Source: Candidatus Magasanikiibacteriota bacterium (GTDB lineage Bacteria; Patescibacteriota; Patescibacteriia; Magasanikbacterales; UBA922). Taken from it: a DNA stretch of 64,000 bases. Below, one piece after another: positions 63,175-64,000 of the stretch. Under the pieces are notes generated by a model. The model ran no database searches. It saw only the letters and a list, made by a program, of their open reading frames with translations, and had not been told where the DNA came from. Made by a program: the position numbers and the translations under genes. The stretch covers positions 7,976 through 71,975 of the forward strand of contig JABIFP010000025.1 in the NCBI GenBank assembly GCA_018650645.1, written 5' to 3'. Numbering within the stretch: position 1 is the stretch's first letter; the number at the start of each line of letters is the position of its first letter.

Positions 63175-64000
63175 ATGGATGAACAATGTTACGACGTAGT
63201 CATCATTGGAGCAGCTGCGGCTGGTTCTGCAGCAGGCGTATACTGTGCAAGAAGAAATCTGAACACGATTATTGTCAGCATGGACATTGGAGGAGAGGTT
63301 GCCCTCTCTGGTGAAGTAGAAAACTGGCCAGGAATTATCAACATTACTGGATTTGAGTTGGCGCAAAATTTCAATAAACATGTACTCAGTTACAATGTGC
63401 CAATTGATCAAGGATTTAAAGTAGAAGCAATCAAGCAAGAAAAAAATTACCATATTGTTGAAGCAAAAAATCTTTCAGGAGAAGAAAGATCGTATAAAAC
63501 AAAAGCAGTTATTATTGCGAGCGGTATCCACCCAAGAGAACTCGGATTACCTGGAGAAAAAGAACTCAAAGGACGCGGTGTCACCTATTGTACCGTTTGT
63601 GACGGACCCCTTTTTAAAGGAAAAACAACCATTACCATTGGAGCGGGTAGTGCAGCGCTAGAATCAGCACTCATGATGGGAGAGATTGCAGAAAAAGTGT
63701 ACTTAGTCACTAAATATGGACCAGAAGATGGCAAAGACGGCTTTCCAAAAGGTGAAGATGTCCTTATTGAGAAAGTAAAAGCAAATGCCAAAATTGAAAT
63801 CATCCATAATGCTATCACCACAAAGATTAATGGTGAACAAAAGGTTGCTGGTATTACGTATAAAGATAAAAAAACAGATGCAGAAAGCACTATTGAAGCC
63901 GATGGAGTGATGGTACACATTGGTGCCATTCCAAATTCTGACTATATTGAGTGCGCAAGCAAAAATGCAGCAGGAGAAGTTGAGGTTGATATGCTCTGCA
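63175..64000 (+). CDS. trxB: Thioredoxin-reductase-like flavoprotein (partial, runs off window end)
   Basis: Not in ORF track; YDVVIIGA, VENWPG, GRGVTYCTVCDGP. Confidence 0.85.
   Translation, partial: MDEQCYDVVIIGAAAAGSAAGVYCARRNLNTIIVSMDIGGEVALSGEVENWPGIINITGFELAQNFNKHVLSYNVPIDQGFKVEAIKQEKNYHIVEAKNLSGEERSYKTKAVIIASGIHPRELGLPGEKELKGRGVTYCTVCDGPLFKGKTTITIGAGSAALESALMMGEIAEKVYLVTKYGPEDGKDGFPKGEDVLIEKVKANAKIEIIHNAITTKINGEQKVAGITYKDKKTDAESTIEADGVMVHIGAIPNSDYIECASKNAAGEVEVDMLC

Overview
AT-rich bacterial window using genetic code 11. It looks like Patescibacteria/CPR (Parcubacteria-like); this is an inference from gene content, SD-less starts, PrmC with NLPY, type-2 IleRS and the pilus cluster. 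The core backbone carries secG, bL31B, prfA, prmC, rodA, gyrB, gyrA, secE-nusG-rplK, rplA, rpsA, rplY, ruvA, pepA, ileS, rpiB-rpe-trxB, a full oxidative pentose-phosphate cluster, NDH-2/YceI, LDH and a type IV pilus cluster with a 977-aa propeller pilin. Main observations: (1) ten stand-alone, visibly GC-rich cassettes (11 ORFs) sit between core genes. Most have an AT-rich sigma70-type promoter and a Shine-Dalgarno, and several have stacked hairpins, whereas native genes are SD-less with a T-ATG context. (2) A sensor cluster has two kinase-less sensors ending in a RELxMI coiled-coil motif next to a histidine kinase with two NI(L/M)(E/D)D motifs, and the kinase start needs a -1 shift at A_AAA_AAG. 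(3) An ultrashort (actinobacterial-type) Ile T-box precedes ileS. (4) There are two L1-type leaders, duplicated terminators around cassettes, an in-frame palindrome in gyrB and a G-run tract in the gyrB promoter. No CRISPR, rRNA, tRNA, transposase or integrase was recognised. GC statements are by eye, not computed.
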